DNA of 64,000 nucleotides from a virus (IMGVR_UViG_3300048502_000089:24279-88278); one strand, 5' to 3'; numbered from the stretch's first letter, positions 37,680 to 48,412 are shown. Made by a program: numbers and translations. Notes: generated by a model from the letters alone, not told the origin.

Positions 37680-40600
37680 CTACCTCGAGGGCTGCTTGAG
37701 CTGGAAAGCGATTTGTCGGCCTTGTGTGCCACCATCGACAGCCGGCAGAATTGGATTGGATTCAACATGAATATGTTGATCTCCTTGGACGACTGTACCA
37801 CCAGAATCGAATGAAGGAGTATTCGGGCCACCAGCAAGAATCGCCGGCCCTGTGCTTGCTATTTGGCCCGGCGCTCCAGTACCAGCAAGCCCTGGGTTAG
37901 ATGGATTGGCCACACCCAGCGAAGAAGCGATGGCTGGGACAAGACCGCCCATCCCCGTGAAGATTGCATCACGGAAGTCAGAGAAAGCTGTAGATGTAAA
38001 CGACTGTGGTTGAGTGAGCTGCCCATTCAATGTATTGATAGCAATCGTGTTGTTCTCTATGGCCTCATTATTCGATGTCAGCGAACCAATAAGGTTCTCG
38101 AACTCTGCGACCTGAGCTGGGTCCATCCCAGATTCCATCTGTGGGAGATTCACCCCGGATATGAAGTTAGCAAACTCTGTCGGGCTCATCCCTTGCACAT
38201 TCAGACCAAAGTCTGAATTCAGTGTAGAAGACAAACCAGCATTAGTCTGTTGAAGAGATTGGTTTTGCCCTTGGTAAGTCTGCAACATAGCTGGAATGTC
38301 GAGGTTGCCGGTCGCCGTACCAGCCGCTTGGATGATCTGCCCTAGGCCGCCGTAAATACCACTAGAGAATTGGCCTCGAGCCTGGAGGTAGCTCGCTGCG
38401 GCATTGTCTGTAGCAGCAGTATTGTCAGTAAGAGCTTGTGTGTTTGTTGCAAGATCAGTGTCGAGTCCATCAAGTGACTGAATGATCGTGGCGACAGCTC
38501 CCTGGTTGCCTGACTGGATCGCTTGCCCGAGGATCGAGCTCGCTGTGATCCCGTAATTGCCCATCGTGGCGGAAGTAAGAGTGCTACCACCAGGAGCCGT
38601 CTGAGCGGCTGTCAAACCTTGGATGTCTGCTCCTGCGTTCCCGGTGTACCCAATGATCTGAGATGTGTCACTGTTGATGGCATTGGTGTAGGACGAAGCG
38701 CTAAGTGCGCCGGCGAGTGAGAAATTCCCCTGGCTTGTAGCAACACTAGCGAGCCCAGAGAGCATCGTCGTCCTCGAGCTGTCCGTCTGCGCAGCTTGCT
38801 GAATCGCGGAGATAGCATCTTGGATCGCCTGCGCGGTGTATTGGGTGATCGATGAATTGAGCTGATCGATCTGCTGTTGGATTTGAGCCGCAGTCGTCGT
38901 GTCTCCCATCGCAGTAGCCCGCTGCAGTGCATCCTCCAAAGCAGACACTTGATTACGCGCTGAGTCTGCGAGAGCATTATCGACAGCCGGCAGCAAGTTG
39001 AATTGCCCAAGTGTCTGTTCACTGCTCTGCGTCGACTGTAGCCCGGCCTGCTGTGTCTGGTAGACATTCGAGATAGCAGTGATCTCATCCTGCACTGACT
39101 GCTGTTCAGCTTGATACGTCGACTGAAGATTTGTAGCCATCTGGTCGCCAAGATTGGACAGATCAGTCTGAGCTCGCGTATATTCTGAATTGAGCTGTGT
39201 AAGAGCAGCCTTCCTCTTCGCAGCATTTTTGATCAGCTTTGATTGACCAATCTTCCCAGTAATAGAAGAGATCGTCTTCTTGAGAAAGCTTTGCTGTTCT
39301 TGCATGTTGACCATCTGATCTTCGTATGACTTGACGATGGTCGCGTCACCAGCTCCAGATTGGTTGACGACAATGTTTGGACTCCCAGCGGGACCACCAA
39401 TACCTGAGCTGACCATCGTAAATCCAGCGGCCCCGGCTGTAGTGGCTGTGACAGTACCAGAGCTACTAACCTTGTAACCAGCACGCTCACCAGCATCCGT
39501 CAAATTCTGCTGAATCGTTTGGAAAGTGCTCGAGACGTATTGCTCATATGTCGACAGAGCATTTGAGATCCACGTCGTATATCCAGTGATTACGCCAGCC
39601 CTCTGCGCAGCAATACTCGCTTTAGTATTGAACTGCTGCAAACCGTTCTTGAGTGCACTGAAAATCTTCGCCATCACAGTGAGTCCAGTAGTCAGGTCAA
39701 TTCCTGAAAGACTTGCCACTGTGAGTGCAGCAGGCGTAGTAATTTTTTGCTGAGCTGATGCTAGAAACTCCTCTGATGTGAGAGGAGTGACGTGGCCCCC
39801 AGTAGCAAAATGCTGTTTGGGAGAACCTCTGTCGTACCCAAGATGAGAATCAAGTCCACTCGGAGTCGTGCCGGCGAGCCGTGCAACTTCTGCCCACTGA
39901 TTTGGATTAGCTACACGCTCGCCTTCATGCGCAATGATCGGGACAGGAGCACCACCCCACGGAGCTCGACCGCCTTCAGCAAAGCGCAAGACCTTCTTCC
40001 GCAGATGCCGCTGGATATGCCGGCGCAACTGCCGAGTAAGCATCCCACCTACGGCGAGGTGTGGACTATTCGCAACCTCGTCGTAGAGGACTCCAAGAGA
40101 TGACTCCCCACCGGACGCCCAACCGCTCGATTGGATAGCCGCGATCTGCGCAGCAGCATTAGCACCAACTGCCCCACGGATTGCTGGGTAATCTCCGTAG
40201 TACCCAGGTGACGGTGCCCACTGACCCTCGAGGAACTCTCCTGTATAAAAACCAGCCTGTGACGGGCTGCCAAACCACACTGGGTTGGTATTACCGAACT
40301 TCCGTGTCGCTGACTGGATCCCAATGTTCAAGAAGTTGTAGAGACCATCCGAGGCAGGGTTGGCATTCTCCTTACCCTGCTCGTTCAGAAGCCATCCAGT
40401 GATGACATCGATGTTCAGTCCCGTCACCTTCTGCATCGCTTTGGCGAAGTTCTGCTGATTGCTCGAGATCAGAGAACTGATCCCACGCACAGCCTTCGTA
40501 TTAGCAATCCTCACACCAAGAGGCATCGGCAGCACGCCGAAACCAGCGGTTGGCGCATTGGCACCGAGGTATTGAGAAGCAGCCAGATAAGTGTCATCAA

Positions 40601-43600
40601 CAGCGTCTTGCCCAACGCTACCAATTGCACCAAGCCCACTGAAGGGCAACCCACCAGATGCGTATGCTTTTCTGCGCACGGCAGGAGCTTTCTGGAGATA
40701 CGCCCCAAGAAGAGCGCTCTGTCGATCTACATGCCGCGGATCAGTCGAGAGCACTACCTCGTCATGCCCAGCTTCGCCGGCTCGATAGAGGCCACCTCCA
40801 TCGTGACTATCAACCCATCCTCCTGCTGCATAGCCAGGAGTCAATTGGAGCTCGGGCATTGTGAGACCCGTGGCGACCTTCAGATCAGCGAGCTGTGTAC
40901 TACCCTTGGGCGCTTTCACGCCAAGAACCTTCAGAGCGTGGTCGAGGATCTTCCCAATCGCCCCGATGCCATCGCTCGCGCCCTGTGCAGTCTTGGAGGT
41001 GTTGTGGAGGACTGTCTCGTACGCCTGTGAGATTGTCGCCACAAGAGCGATAGCGCCTTGCTTCGTCCCATTGCCGAGGTTACTGCTGATATTTTGAATG
41101 TTCTGGGCCAGCGTCGTCTTGACTTGGCCCATTACATTCCCAGTCGTCTGACTGATCCCATCGAATGTATTTGCCCATGTCGTAGCCGCTTCCTTCATCG
41201 GCTTCGTCAGATTGTCACGAGCCTGTATCCCAATCCCAGCAGTACCAGCAGCATGGTCACGCAACCTCTGATAAGCGGCAAGCGCTTCTCGATCCTGCGG
41301 TGTCATGGGATTCTCGCTCGAACCGAGCTTGAATTGCTTTTGCCACGCAGCTTCCTGTGTGTCTTCGCCCTTAGCGGCTAGACCACTTGGGTCAACAGCT
41401 CGTGGGTCGCGCCCAGCAAAATTCTGTTTGTCAAACCACTTGTTGTACTCCGCTGGCGTCTTGACCGACGCTGGAGGCCCAGGCCCATTAGAAAGCCCTG
41501 ACTGAATAATCTTGACAAGTCCATAGCCGGCTGCAAGTGCGGCTGCGGCAGGGACAAGAAGACCAGCGCCAATTCCAATGGTCGCCATCTCTGTGTCAAT
41601 CGCAGCGGTGTCAGCACCAACAATAGTGCTCTCTTCTGCCAGTGCGGCTTCAGTACCTTCTGCGCCAAGCGCTACCTTTGCTGGAACTTTCTCTGCGGCT
41701 AAACCAGGACCAGCCATCTCAGTATCGATGACAGCCGTTTTTGAAGCTACACCTGATTCTTCGCTCGAGAGAGCATTCTTCGTATCAGTTGCACTCTGCT
41801 GCACCTTTTGGGCTGCGCCATGAGCAGCGTTCCCAAGCCCATTCATATGATCTGCGAAAGTCTTGAATGCTGAAGTGATTGATCCAGTCTCTTTGAATAC
41901 CTTCATCGCATCCCAAAGCGCTTGAGCTCCGCGTGTAGCTCCCAAGAACGCATCAGAGACTTTATTCAGAACAAGCAGCCCTGCAAAACCAGCGACAAGA
42001 CCAATCAAAAGATCCTTGGCGTATGGAACTTGGTTCACAAAATCCATGAACCATCTCATCAGCGTCCCAATGGCCTTAGCTACACCAGTAATCGCTGGAA
42101 GTAGAACTTGTTGAGCGAATTGACCAAAAACTTGCAGTGAGCCAAGATTGAAAACACTAATCATCAACTTGCCAATAGTGACAAGCAGCCCACCAATCTC
42201 ACTCAAGACATCCATTGCATCCTTGAAGAACTTCCTTACTTCTGGCCCATGTGTCTTCACCCAATCAGTCGCACCATTGAGAGTCTGGGTGAGACCGCCA
42301 AACATCTGATTTCCAGCCGGTGCCGCATCAGCACCAATTGCTTTGAGTAGTCCATGGAAAGCATGAAGAGCATGGAGGATGGTCTCAAGCCGAGCTTCCC
42401 ATTTATCAAATTCATCTGTCAAACGCTTCTGTCCGCTGACTGAACCTTCTGTCTTCGCTAGCCCAGTTGCCCATCCATCGATAAACAAAAGCAATGTATG
42501 AAGTGCCGGCGCTGCAGCTCTCGCCACAGAATCGAACAGCGACTCGAAATCGACAATGATCTTGGTAATGATCGGAGCGTTCTTCGTCGCATCCTTCGTC
42601 ATGTCCTCGAAGAATGAGATATGGCGCTTGACGTTGAAAACTTGATCGAGTCCCTTACTGATTGCATCCGCGAGCTTCTCGAATGGCGCCATCAACTTGG
42701 GGTTGTCGAAAATCTGAGTGATTTGTGTGATGCCCTTAGCAATCGGTGAGATCAGAGCGTCACCAACCTTGGCGATTGGACTGCCCGGTTGACGGAGCTG
42801 GGTCTCAAGCTTGTCAAGCGATCCATAGAGAAGCTTCTCGGGAGAACTCATCTGACCAAGCAGATAATTGAGCTGACCCTGTGTAGAAGTCTCTCGACCA
42901 CTCGGGCTAGCTGCGGTCATCTGTGCGATCTTCAATTCATCCTTAGCCTCTTGCAAAGCTGCGGGGGCGCGCTGTACAGCAAGCTCGGCTTGGATACGTG
43001 ACAATTGGGCGCCCATAAGCCCTTCGTTGCCCGACACTCCATACCGTCGAGCAAGGGCAAGATCCTGCTTTGCACGCGGGACCGCGATGTCAGCCGTCTG
43101 CTTCTGTGTCCGCGCTTCTTGCACAGCCAACTGAGCCTGCTGAATTTGAAGCTGAGTACCACCAGTCGCTTCAATTTGCTGAAGCTGTTGCTCGGCTTGA
43201 GTCAGAGACAACTTCGCGCCGGTAGCTTCCTCAGCAGCCGTCTTCTCAGCCATCGTCAAGTCAGTGATGTTGCGGATCGCTGCAATCCGCGCCTCTGTCA
43301 GTTCTTCCTGCGACTCCTTGAGCTGAATCTGTGCGGTGTTGACATTGTTGTAAGCGTCAACGAGACCTTGCTGCGCAGAGATCAGTGACTCGGTCGTTTG
43401 GAGCTGAGTTGAGAGAGCCTGAGTCGGATCGAACTGTTGCTGCTGCTGAAGTTCCTGAGAAATCTTGACCGCATCAAGGATGTTCTTGAGGCGCTGGAGG
43501 CCAGCGAGAAGAACCGTAACCACAGGAGCCGCCTGTGATAGACCGGAGACGAGGGAACCTCCAAGAGCAGCGCCGGCTTCTGCAGCATCAGAAGCGATCG

Positions 43601-45065
43601 AGACAAGACTTCCCGCGAGGCCAACTATCGCGGTGTCGAGGACTTGGATCAGGCCGACAATCCCGACGACGCGAAAACCGCGCAAAGCCGCAGACAGACT
43701 GATGACCTTGATACCAATGTTGTCAGTGACTTGAGAGAACTTCGATGCCCATTTCTCAAGATCATTAGTTGACTGAGCCATCCTGATGTTCTTGAGTTTA
43801 TTTCCAGCATCATCCGCCATGCGCCCGAAATCACGCGCCGCAGCGGACCCATCCTCGAACGCTCGAGAGACCTTAGTGAAGTCACTGACGTATGACTGCA
43901 GAGTACGACGAGCTTCCTTCGTCGTCATGTCGCCATTCTTGATGGCCTCAAGAGAATCGCTGTATGACGACTTCAGATCAGAACCAACCGCCTGAGCCCT
44001 GAATTGGCGTGAGTCTGTCCCGACTACGCGAGAACGCGCAAGTAGATCCTCAGCAATCTGCCCACCAAGCGGAGCCTCTCGAACAAGGCTCACATAACGC
44101 TGTCTGATTATTCCCAGGCCATCAGCGAGCTTCTGGAGAGTTGACTGCCCTGAATTGAACCTCTGATAAAGAGCAGCCTGAGCAGTGTCTAAGTCTCGAG
44201 TCTTTGACTCGACATCCTTCAACCCACCGCTGAGTTCAACCAGTCTGCCCTTAGCGTTATCCGACATCCGGCCAAATTCACGCGCTGAATCTGATCCATT
44301 GTCGAACGCATGTGACACACGAGCAAGATCGCCGGCGAAGTTCTGATAACCACGCCGAGCTTCTGCGTCGGTGAGCCTTCCCTTCCTTGCAGCGTCATCA
44401 AACTCTTTGTAGGAAGAGGCGAGATCATTACCACTCGAGGTCGATCCAAGCCGACTAGATTCATTGCGAACAGCTCGCTGCCGCGCGAGCATGTCATCAG
44501 CTTGCCTACTACCCAGATCAGACTCGCGGGCGAGGCGACCATACGCCTTCGAGACCATGTCGAGGCCATCTGCGTACTTCTGTAGCTCAGCGTTGTTACC
44601 TTGGAACCTAGCGTGGAGAACCTCTTCCGCCTTTTCTACTGCGCGAAGACGCTCTGCGAAAGCTTCCGCCTCGTCGCCAGCGTCTTCCATCGCTGCACGC
44701 TGATCGTTGAAAGCCTCTTTACCGCGGCGAGCTTCATCCACCACATCTGCTTGTGCATCTGCGTGTCTACCAGCCGCTTCAGCTCCACGATCATGTGCCT
44801 TCGCGTGCTCGTCAATAGCTGCTCGAGTCTGCGGCGCTTGCCGCCGCATCCTCTCGGTCTCTTGGTTGTGACGTTCGATCTCATCGGCGGAATCTCCTGC
44901 CGAATCACCGAGGTCGTCAAAGCCACGCTCGAGATCAGACGTGGCGTTGCGCCCAGCAGCGGACGAGCGGAGCTCGTTTACTTGCCGCTGGAGATTGCGA
45001 ATCTTCTCACTCGCCTCATCCCTGGCGGTGAGAAGGATCTCAATTAGGTAATTACTATCCGACAT
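37680..45065 (-). CDS. Tape measure protein (2461 aa)
   Basis: Very long helical Ala/Gly-rich ORF after the chaperones. IEILLTARDEAS N-terminus and repeated (Y/F)A.GG motifs. Confidence 0.93.
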   Translation of the reverse strand: MSDSNYLIEILLTARDEASEKIRNLQRQVNELRSSAAGRNATSDLERGFDDLGDSAGDSADEIERHNQETERMRRQAPQTRAAIDEHAKAHDRGAEAAGRHADAQADVVDEARRGKEAFNDQRAAMEDAGDEAEAFAERLRAVEKAEEVLHARFQGNNAELQKYADGLDMVSKAYGRLARESDLGSRQADDMLARQRAVRNESSRLGSTSSGNDLASSYKEFDDAARKGRLTDAEARRGYQNFAGDLARVSHAFDNGSDSAREFGRMSDNAKGRLVELSGGLKDVESKTRDLDTAQAALYQRFNSGQSTLQKLADGLGIIRQRYVSLVREAPLGGQIAEDLLARSRVVGTDSRQFRAQAVGSDLKSSYSDSLEAIKNGDMTTKEARRTLQSYVSDFTKVSRAFEDGSAAARDFGRMADDAGNKLKNIRMAQSTNDLEKWASKFSQVTDNIGIKVISLSAALRGFRVVGIVGLIQVLDTAIVGLAGSLVSIASDAAEAGAALGGSLVSGLSQAAPVVTVLLAGLQRLKNILDAVKISQELQQQQQFDPTQALSTQLQTTESLISAQQGLVDAYNNVNTAQIQLKESQEELTEARIAAIRNITDLTMAEKTAAEEATGAKLSLTQAEQQLQQIEATGGTQLQIQQAQLAVQEARTQKQTADIAVPRAKQDLALARRYGVSGNEGLMGAQLSRIQAELAVQRAPAALQEAKDELKIAQMTAASPSGRETSTQGQLNYLLGQMSSPEKLLYGSLDKLETQLRQPGSPIAKVGDALISPIAKGITQITQIFDNPKLMAPFEKLADAISKGLDQVFNVKRHISFFEDMTKDATKNAPIITKIIVDFESLFDSVARAAAPALHTLLLFIDGWATGLAKTEGSVSGQKRLTDEFDKWEARLETILHALHAFHGLLKAIGADAAPAGNQMFGGLTQTLNGATDWVKTHGPEVRKFFKDAMDVLSEIGGLLVTIGKLMISVFNLGSLQVFGQFAQQVLLPAITGVAKAIGTLMRWFMDFVNQVPYAKDLLIGLVAGFAGLLVLNKVSDAFLGATRGAQALWDAMKVFKETGSITSAFKTFADHMNGLGNAAHGAAQKVQQSATDTKNALSSEESGVASKTAVIDTEMAGPGLAAEKVPAKVALGAEGTEAALAEESTIVGADTAAIDTEMATIGIGAGLLVPAAAALAAGYGLVKIIQSGLSNGPGPPASVKTPAEYNKWFDKQNFAGRDPRAVDPSGLAAKGEDTQEAAWQKQFKLGSSENPMTPQDREALAAYQRLRDHAAGTAGIGIQARDNLTKPMKEAATTWANTFDGISQTTGNVMGQVKTTLAQNIQNISSNLGNGTKQGAIALVATISQAYETVLHNTSKTAQGASDGIGAIGKILDHALKVLGVKAPKGSTQLADLKVATGLTMPELQLTPGYAAGGWVDSHDGGGLYRAGEAGHDEVVLSTDPRHVDRQSALLGAYLQKAPAVRRKAYASGGLPFSGLGAIGSVGQDAVDDTYLAASQYLGANAPTAGFGVLPMPLGVRIANTKAVRGISSLISSNQQNFAKAMQKVTGLNIDVITGWLLNEQGKENANPASDGLYNFLNIGIQSATRKFGNTNPVWFGSPSQAGFYTGEFLEGQWAPSPGYYGDYPAIRGAVGANAAAQIAAIQSSGWASGGESSLGVLYDEVANSPHLAVGGMLTRQLRRHIQRHLRKKVLRFAEGGRAPWGGAPVPIIAHEGERVANPNQWAEVARLAGTTPSGLDSHLGYDRGSPKQHFATGGHVTPLTSEEFLASAQQKITTPAALTVASLSGIDLTTGLTVMAKIFSALKNGLQQFNTKASIAAQRAGVITGYTTWISNALSTYEQYVSSTFQTIQQNLTDAGERAGYKVSSSGTVTATTAGAAGFTMVSSGIGGPAGSPNIVVNQSGAGDATIVKSYEDQMVNMQEQQSFLKKTISSITGKIGQSKLIKNAAKRKAALTQLNSEYTRAQTDLSNLGDQMATNLQSTYQAEQQSVQDEITAISNVYQTQQAGLQSTQSSEQTLGQFNLLPAVDNALADSARNQVSALEDALQRATAMGDTTTAAQIQQQIDQLNSSITQYTAQAIQDAISAIQQAAQTDSSRTTMLSGLASVATSQGNFSLAGALSASSYTNAINSDTSQIIGYTGNAGADIQGLTAAQTAPGGSTLTSATMGNYGITASSILGQAIQSGNQGAVATIIQSLDGLDTDLATNTQALTDNTAATDNAAASYLQARGQFSSGIYGGLGQIIQAAGTATGNLDIPAMLQTYQGQNQSLQQTNAGLSSTLNSDFGLNVQGMSPTEFANFISGVNLPQMESGMDPAQVAEFENLIGSLTSNNEAIENNTIAINTLNGQLTQPQSFTSTAFSDFRDAIFTGMGGLVPAIASSLGVANPSNPGLAGTGAPGQIASTGPAILAGGPNTPSFDSGGTVVQGDQHIHVESNPILPAVDGGTQGRQIAFQLKQPSR

Positions 45066-45066
45066 C

Positions 45067-45570
45067 TCACGCGGCTTGTCCGCTCATCACCTCCTCCCCT
45101 GGGAGCATCGGAACACCAGCATCCTGAGCGGCCATCGCCCGTCGACCAGCATTCATGAAATCACTATAGAACTCGCCTTCGCCTACAGCCTCTTCTTCTT
45201 GGCTGCTGGCGATCGTTCCATTCCAGGTGTGAGCAATCAACTCTTCGTAAGCATTCTCAACATCAGACACTATCTGCGCTCGAGGGCTTTCGGTCCCATC
45301 GAGATTAGTGTTCGCGTATAACGCACCAATATGAGCAACACGACGATCCCTCAGCTCATCGCAAACAAGCCGGCGCTGGAAAGCGTCAAATGCCTTGATG
45401 AATCTACGATACGGCCACTCCATCAATTGCTCTACCGTTTCTGGGTGATAGCTTGAGTAAACCTCGCACGCCTCTAATGCAGTTGGCCTGCGGCGGCGCG
45501 GACGCTCGTCATCTTCTTCCTGATGGCTGCCGACGCTCTTGCTACGCGCGGTAGCCGCTCGACGAAAAAA
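45067..45570 (-). CDS. Tail assembly chaperone, frameshifted T portion
   Basis: The -1 frame relative to the upstream chaperone, entered at T TTT TTC (45570-45564). Confidence 0.75.
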   Translation of the reverse strand, partial: FFRRAATARSKSVGSHQEEDDERPRRRRPTALEACEVYSSYHPETVEQLMEWPYRRFIKAFDAFQRRLVCDELRDRRVAHIGALYANTNLDGTESPRAQIVSDVENAYEELIAHTWNGTIASSQEEEAVGEGEFYSDFMNAGRRAMAAQDAGVPMLPGEEVMSGQAA

Positions 45571-46208
45571 TCCTCGAGCTCCGGGTAGTTCTGAGCAATG
45601 AAGAGCGTCAACATTTCTTCGCCCTCCTGCAATGAAAGACCGCCGTCCTCTGGTGATCGACTCCAAATCTCTTTCACAGCAAAACGCTCACCAAGAGGGA
45701 CACGAAGCCAGATGCACTGGCACTCTTCGACCATGTCAGGGACATATGTCGCCAGCTTTGAGAGACCACTGACGAACGAGTCAATCGCGTTGAAATCTCC
45801 CTTTGCAAATGCACCATCTGCATCAGCAGTAAAGAGAGACATCATCGAATCGGCATCGCCCAAGATCGAATTGAGCGTAACTCCCTGCGCCATGACTTTC
45901 GTAATGCGATCTCCCAGCAGCCCTGTGAACTGAAGCATCGCTGTATACGAAAGCGGCTTCTGCTGGTAAACGCGAGAGAACTCCAGAGACTCATCTTGCT
46001 TCGTCCGAGGGTTGAAGACAGTAATAGTCCCTTCGACCTTCCAGTCTCGAGTAGCGACCTGAATCTCAAGATCATCAAGCGCTTCATCGACTACACGAAG
46101 AGGCTCCTCTTCTTCACTCACTACTTCACCGGCCACAGGAGTTTCATCCTCTGTGTCAGAGATGATATTCCCAGCGATGTCTGTCTTAGGTGCTTCTACA
46201 GTGCTCAT
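45474..46208 (-). CDS. Tail assembly chaperone (gpG-like)
   Basis: Two ORFs upstream of the tape measure, with an in-frame slippery heptamer near its end. Confidence 0.75.
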   Translation of the reverse strand: MSTVEAPKTDIAGNIISDTEDETPVAGEVVSEEEEPLRVVDEALDDLEIQVATRDWKVEGTITVFNPRTKQDESLEFSRVYQQKPLSYTAMLQFTGLLGDRITKVMAQGVTLNSILGDADSMMSLFTADADGAFAKGDFNAIDSFVSGLSKLATYVPDMVEECQCIWLRVPLGERFAVKEIWSRSPEDGGLSLQEGEEMLTLFIAQNYPELEDFFVERLPRVARASAAIRKKMTSVRAAAGQLH

Positions 46209-46369
46209 AGGGGCTTTGCCTCCTGTAGTTCGTCATTCAATTCATTGGTAGTTTTCTTTGAATCACAAGTTTCACACAGCGGTTCTGTCCCATTCGTATC
46301 AGACAATGAATTACGCCATCTAATCATCATGGAACTTTCTTCTCCACATTTTAGGCAAATAATACTCAT
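46205..46369 (-). CDS. Small zinc-finger protein
   Basis: CLKC...LCETC, AT-richer than its neighbours, coupled on both sides. Confidence 0.55.
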   Translation of the reverse strand: MSIICLKCGEESSMMIRWRNSLSDTNGTEPLCETCDSKKTTNELNDELQEAKPL

Positions 46370-46935
46370 GCGAGTTCTTCTGCCAGCATTGCTGCGGCTT
46401 CTGCTGCGCACTCTACGAGTGCAAGTCTGATGTGCTGATCACTACGCATGATCTCTTCAGCGAAAGCTGCCGTAGCAGCCATGAAGTGTTGCCCATGCTG
46501 ACCTTTGACTACGTGTGTAAAGACAGTCCCTTCCCTGCCCTCGAAAACCATCATCCCTTTAGGGTCTCGAGCAAAGATCGGAGATCCAGTCGGTCCAAAG
46601 ACGCCTGTACCACGATCCACGAAGAGCGGATATTGATCAGTGTCTTGAGCGCCTGGGTGCATGTTCCGTGCAACTGCATTCGTATCAGGCGCGTTCTCAA
46701 TCGAAGTGATTCCGATCTTGGCCTCAATCTGGCCGGCAATGTCTTCAATCGCATCCGTATGCGATGTGTGCGCCTCGAGTTCACCTGTGCGCTTAGGCTC
46801 GATCGCACGCAAGAACTCTGTCGACTCCTCAACGTTCCGCTGCACCATTTGGACGAGCGCTTGATGAATCCGGTCGGCCGACAACGCATCGACATTCGAC
46901 CGAATATGGACTTCTATCTGCTCGTGTTCAGCCAT
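46366..46935 (-). CDS. HK97 gp10-like neck/tail-completion protein
   Basis: PKRTGELE, YPLFVDRGTG, VKGQHGQHFM. Confidence 0.7.
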   Translation of the reverse strand: MAEHEQIEVHIRSNVDALSADRIHQALVQMVQRNVEESTEFLRAIEPKRTGELEAHTSHTDAIEDIAGQIEAKIGITSIENAPDTNAVARNMHPGAQDTDQYPLFVDRGTGVFGPTGSPIFARDPKGMMVFEGREGTVFTHVVKGQHGQHFMAATAAFAEEIMRSDQHIRLALVECAAEAAAMLAEELA

Positions 46936-47059
46936 TGGCTATATAGAGGCAAAGCGTCGCGCATCGTTGGCCAATTTCTCGGCCTAGATACGCAGGAAGG
47001 GCATCGCCTGACAGCCTGCGGTTGAGGATCGCCCAAGAGTACCAAAGCCAAGCTAGAGA

Positions 47060-47098
47060 AGCAAAGAGGCGGCAACGCCCTTGAGCGCCACCGCCTCC
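47060..47098 (-). terminator. Rho-independent terminator after the major tail gene
   Basis: Stem AGGCGGTGGCGC / GCGTTGCCGCCT followed by CTTTGCTT. Confidence 0.7.
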
Positions 47099-47120
47099 AT
47101 TGCCCCAATCCGTCCTTGGA

Positions 47121-48083
47121 TTAGAAGGCGAGCTGGTCGACGATCTCCCCGAACCTCTGATTCGGATCGGTCACGTTGAGGTCCGCGAACATACGGAACG
47201 TGAGTGGGATCGTCTGCTGAGCTCCAGTCTTCTGGAAGTCGAAGGTGGAGTTCTGCGGCGATTTGGTCACGCTCCGCACAGAGATCATGCGGATACGTCC
47301 AGCGGACGTGCCGATGGTCTTCTGATGCAGGATGGCGAGCCGGCGATTGACGTACGCCAGCGGAGCACCCATCTGTAGGTGACGCTCGTTCGGAGTCACA
47401 GTCGAGTCCACGACAATCGCGTTAGGACATTCCCAAGCAATTGCGATGTTCTCGAGCGTCGTCTCCGCGAGCTGCGTCGTCACGGTGCCTTCCCACTCAT
47501 CTGGGATTGCCAGGATCGACGTAAGGATCTGATCGACATCGAGCTGTGTTTCGGTGTTGTTCCTCATCACCTGAATACCGCTCTTTGTCGAGCCAAGATC
47601 AGTCCACCCAGTAAGCGGGTCGTACTGACCGACACCAGAAGTGGTGTGAGCCACTGTTGCAGCCGGCGTCGTACCACCTGTCAAGAGCGTGGACTGAGCC
47701 AACATCAATGGCTGAATCCCCTGATTGACGAAGGTGACAACGATAGGAGTGGTAGGCAACGGACCACCAGTACACGTCACACCACCAACAGCAGCAATCC
47801 CCGGCACTGCATTGAGAATTGCCTGAATAGCTGACGAGGTCGTGTTGTACGGAATGGCACTCGTTTGTACGCTCTGATAAGAGAGCGTGAACGTGCCGCC
47901 AGTCGGCGTGCCTGTAATCGAAACCGTCTGCACGTCTGCCGCGTATGAAGTCGACGTTGCAGCGGTGTAGATGACCGACTCAATCTGGGTCGGGAAAGCC
48001 TGCGTGATCGGGGCGACGAGCAGACGCGCTGGGCCGCGGATGATCGCATCGCCAAGTGGATTTACTCTTTGAAAACCAGGCAT
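47121..48083 (-). CDS. Major tail (tube) protein with a ~100-aa inserted module
   Basis: IIRGPARLLVAP, WTDLGSTKSG, TVTTQLAE, IPLTFRMFAD. Followed by a terminator. Confidence 0.85.
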   Translation of the reverse strand: MPGFQRVNPLGDAIIRGPARLLVAPITQAFPTQIESVIYTAATSTSYAADVQTVSITGTPTGGTFTLSYQSVQTSAIPYNTTSSAIQAILNAVPGIAAVGGVTCTGGPLPTTPIVVTFVNQGIQPLMLAQSTLLTGGTTPAATVAHTTSGVGQYDPLTGWTDLGSTKSGIQVMRNNTETQLDVDQILTSILAIPDEWEGTVTTQLAETTLENIAIAWECPNAIVVDSTVTPNERHLQMGAPLAYVNRRLAILHQKTIGTSAGRIRMISVRSVTKSPQNSTFDFQKTGAQQTIPLTFRMFADLNVTDPNQRFGEIVDQLAF

Positions 48084-48100
48084 TTGCTAAGCCCTTCTGT

Positions 48101-48400
48101 TTATGCGCCCGAGGGCGTCGTTGGCGTTGGCGATGACGCGCCGGTCGACTGCGTCGGAGTCGCTGGAGGCGACGGTGAAGATGATGGCGTTGGGTCTGGG
48201 GTTGAAGTGTCGTCAGCTTCGTCATCAACGACTACAAGCTGGTAGCCATTGGCGACGATGCTCTGAAACTCCTCACCAGTGATCTCGATTGCCGGCCCAT
48301 CAAGGACCAGAACTCGAGCTTCTGTCCCTGTGGTAGCAAGCAGGATTTCCCCAGTGCCGTCACTGGGCGATGGATTTGCAACATACTGAACAAGCGGCAT
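48101..48400 (-). CDS. Small protein with a Pro/Thr/Ser-rich tail
   Basis: C-terminal TSTPDPTPSSSPSPPATPTQST. Confidence 0.6.
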   Translation of the reverse strand: MPLVQYVANPSPSDGTGEILLATTGTEARVLVLDGPAIEITGEEFQSIVANGYQLVVVDDEADDTSTPDPTPSSSPSPPATPTQSTGASSPTPTTPSGA

Positions 48401-48412
48401 TGAAGCCCTCCT

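Noticed and set aside
46930-47125. +1 frameshift extension of the major tail protein, or a 64-aa ORF
   Set aside because: TTC TAA offers no re-pairing, and a strong terminator hairpin occupies the interval.
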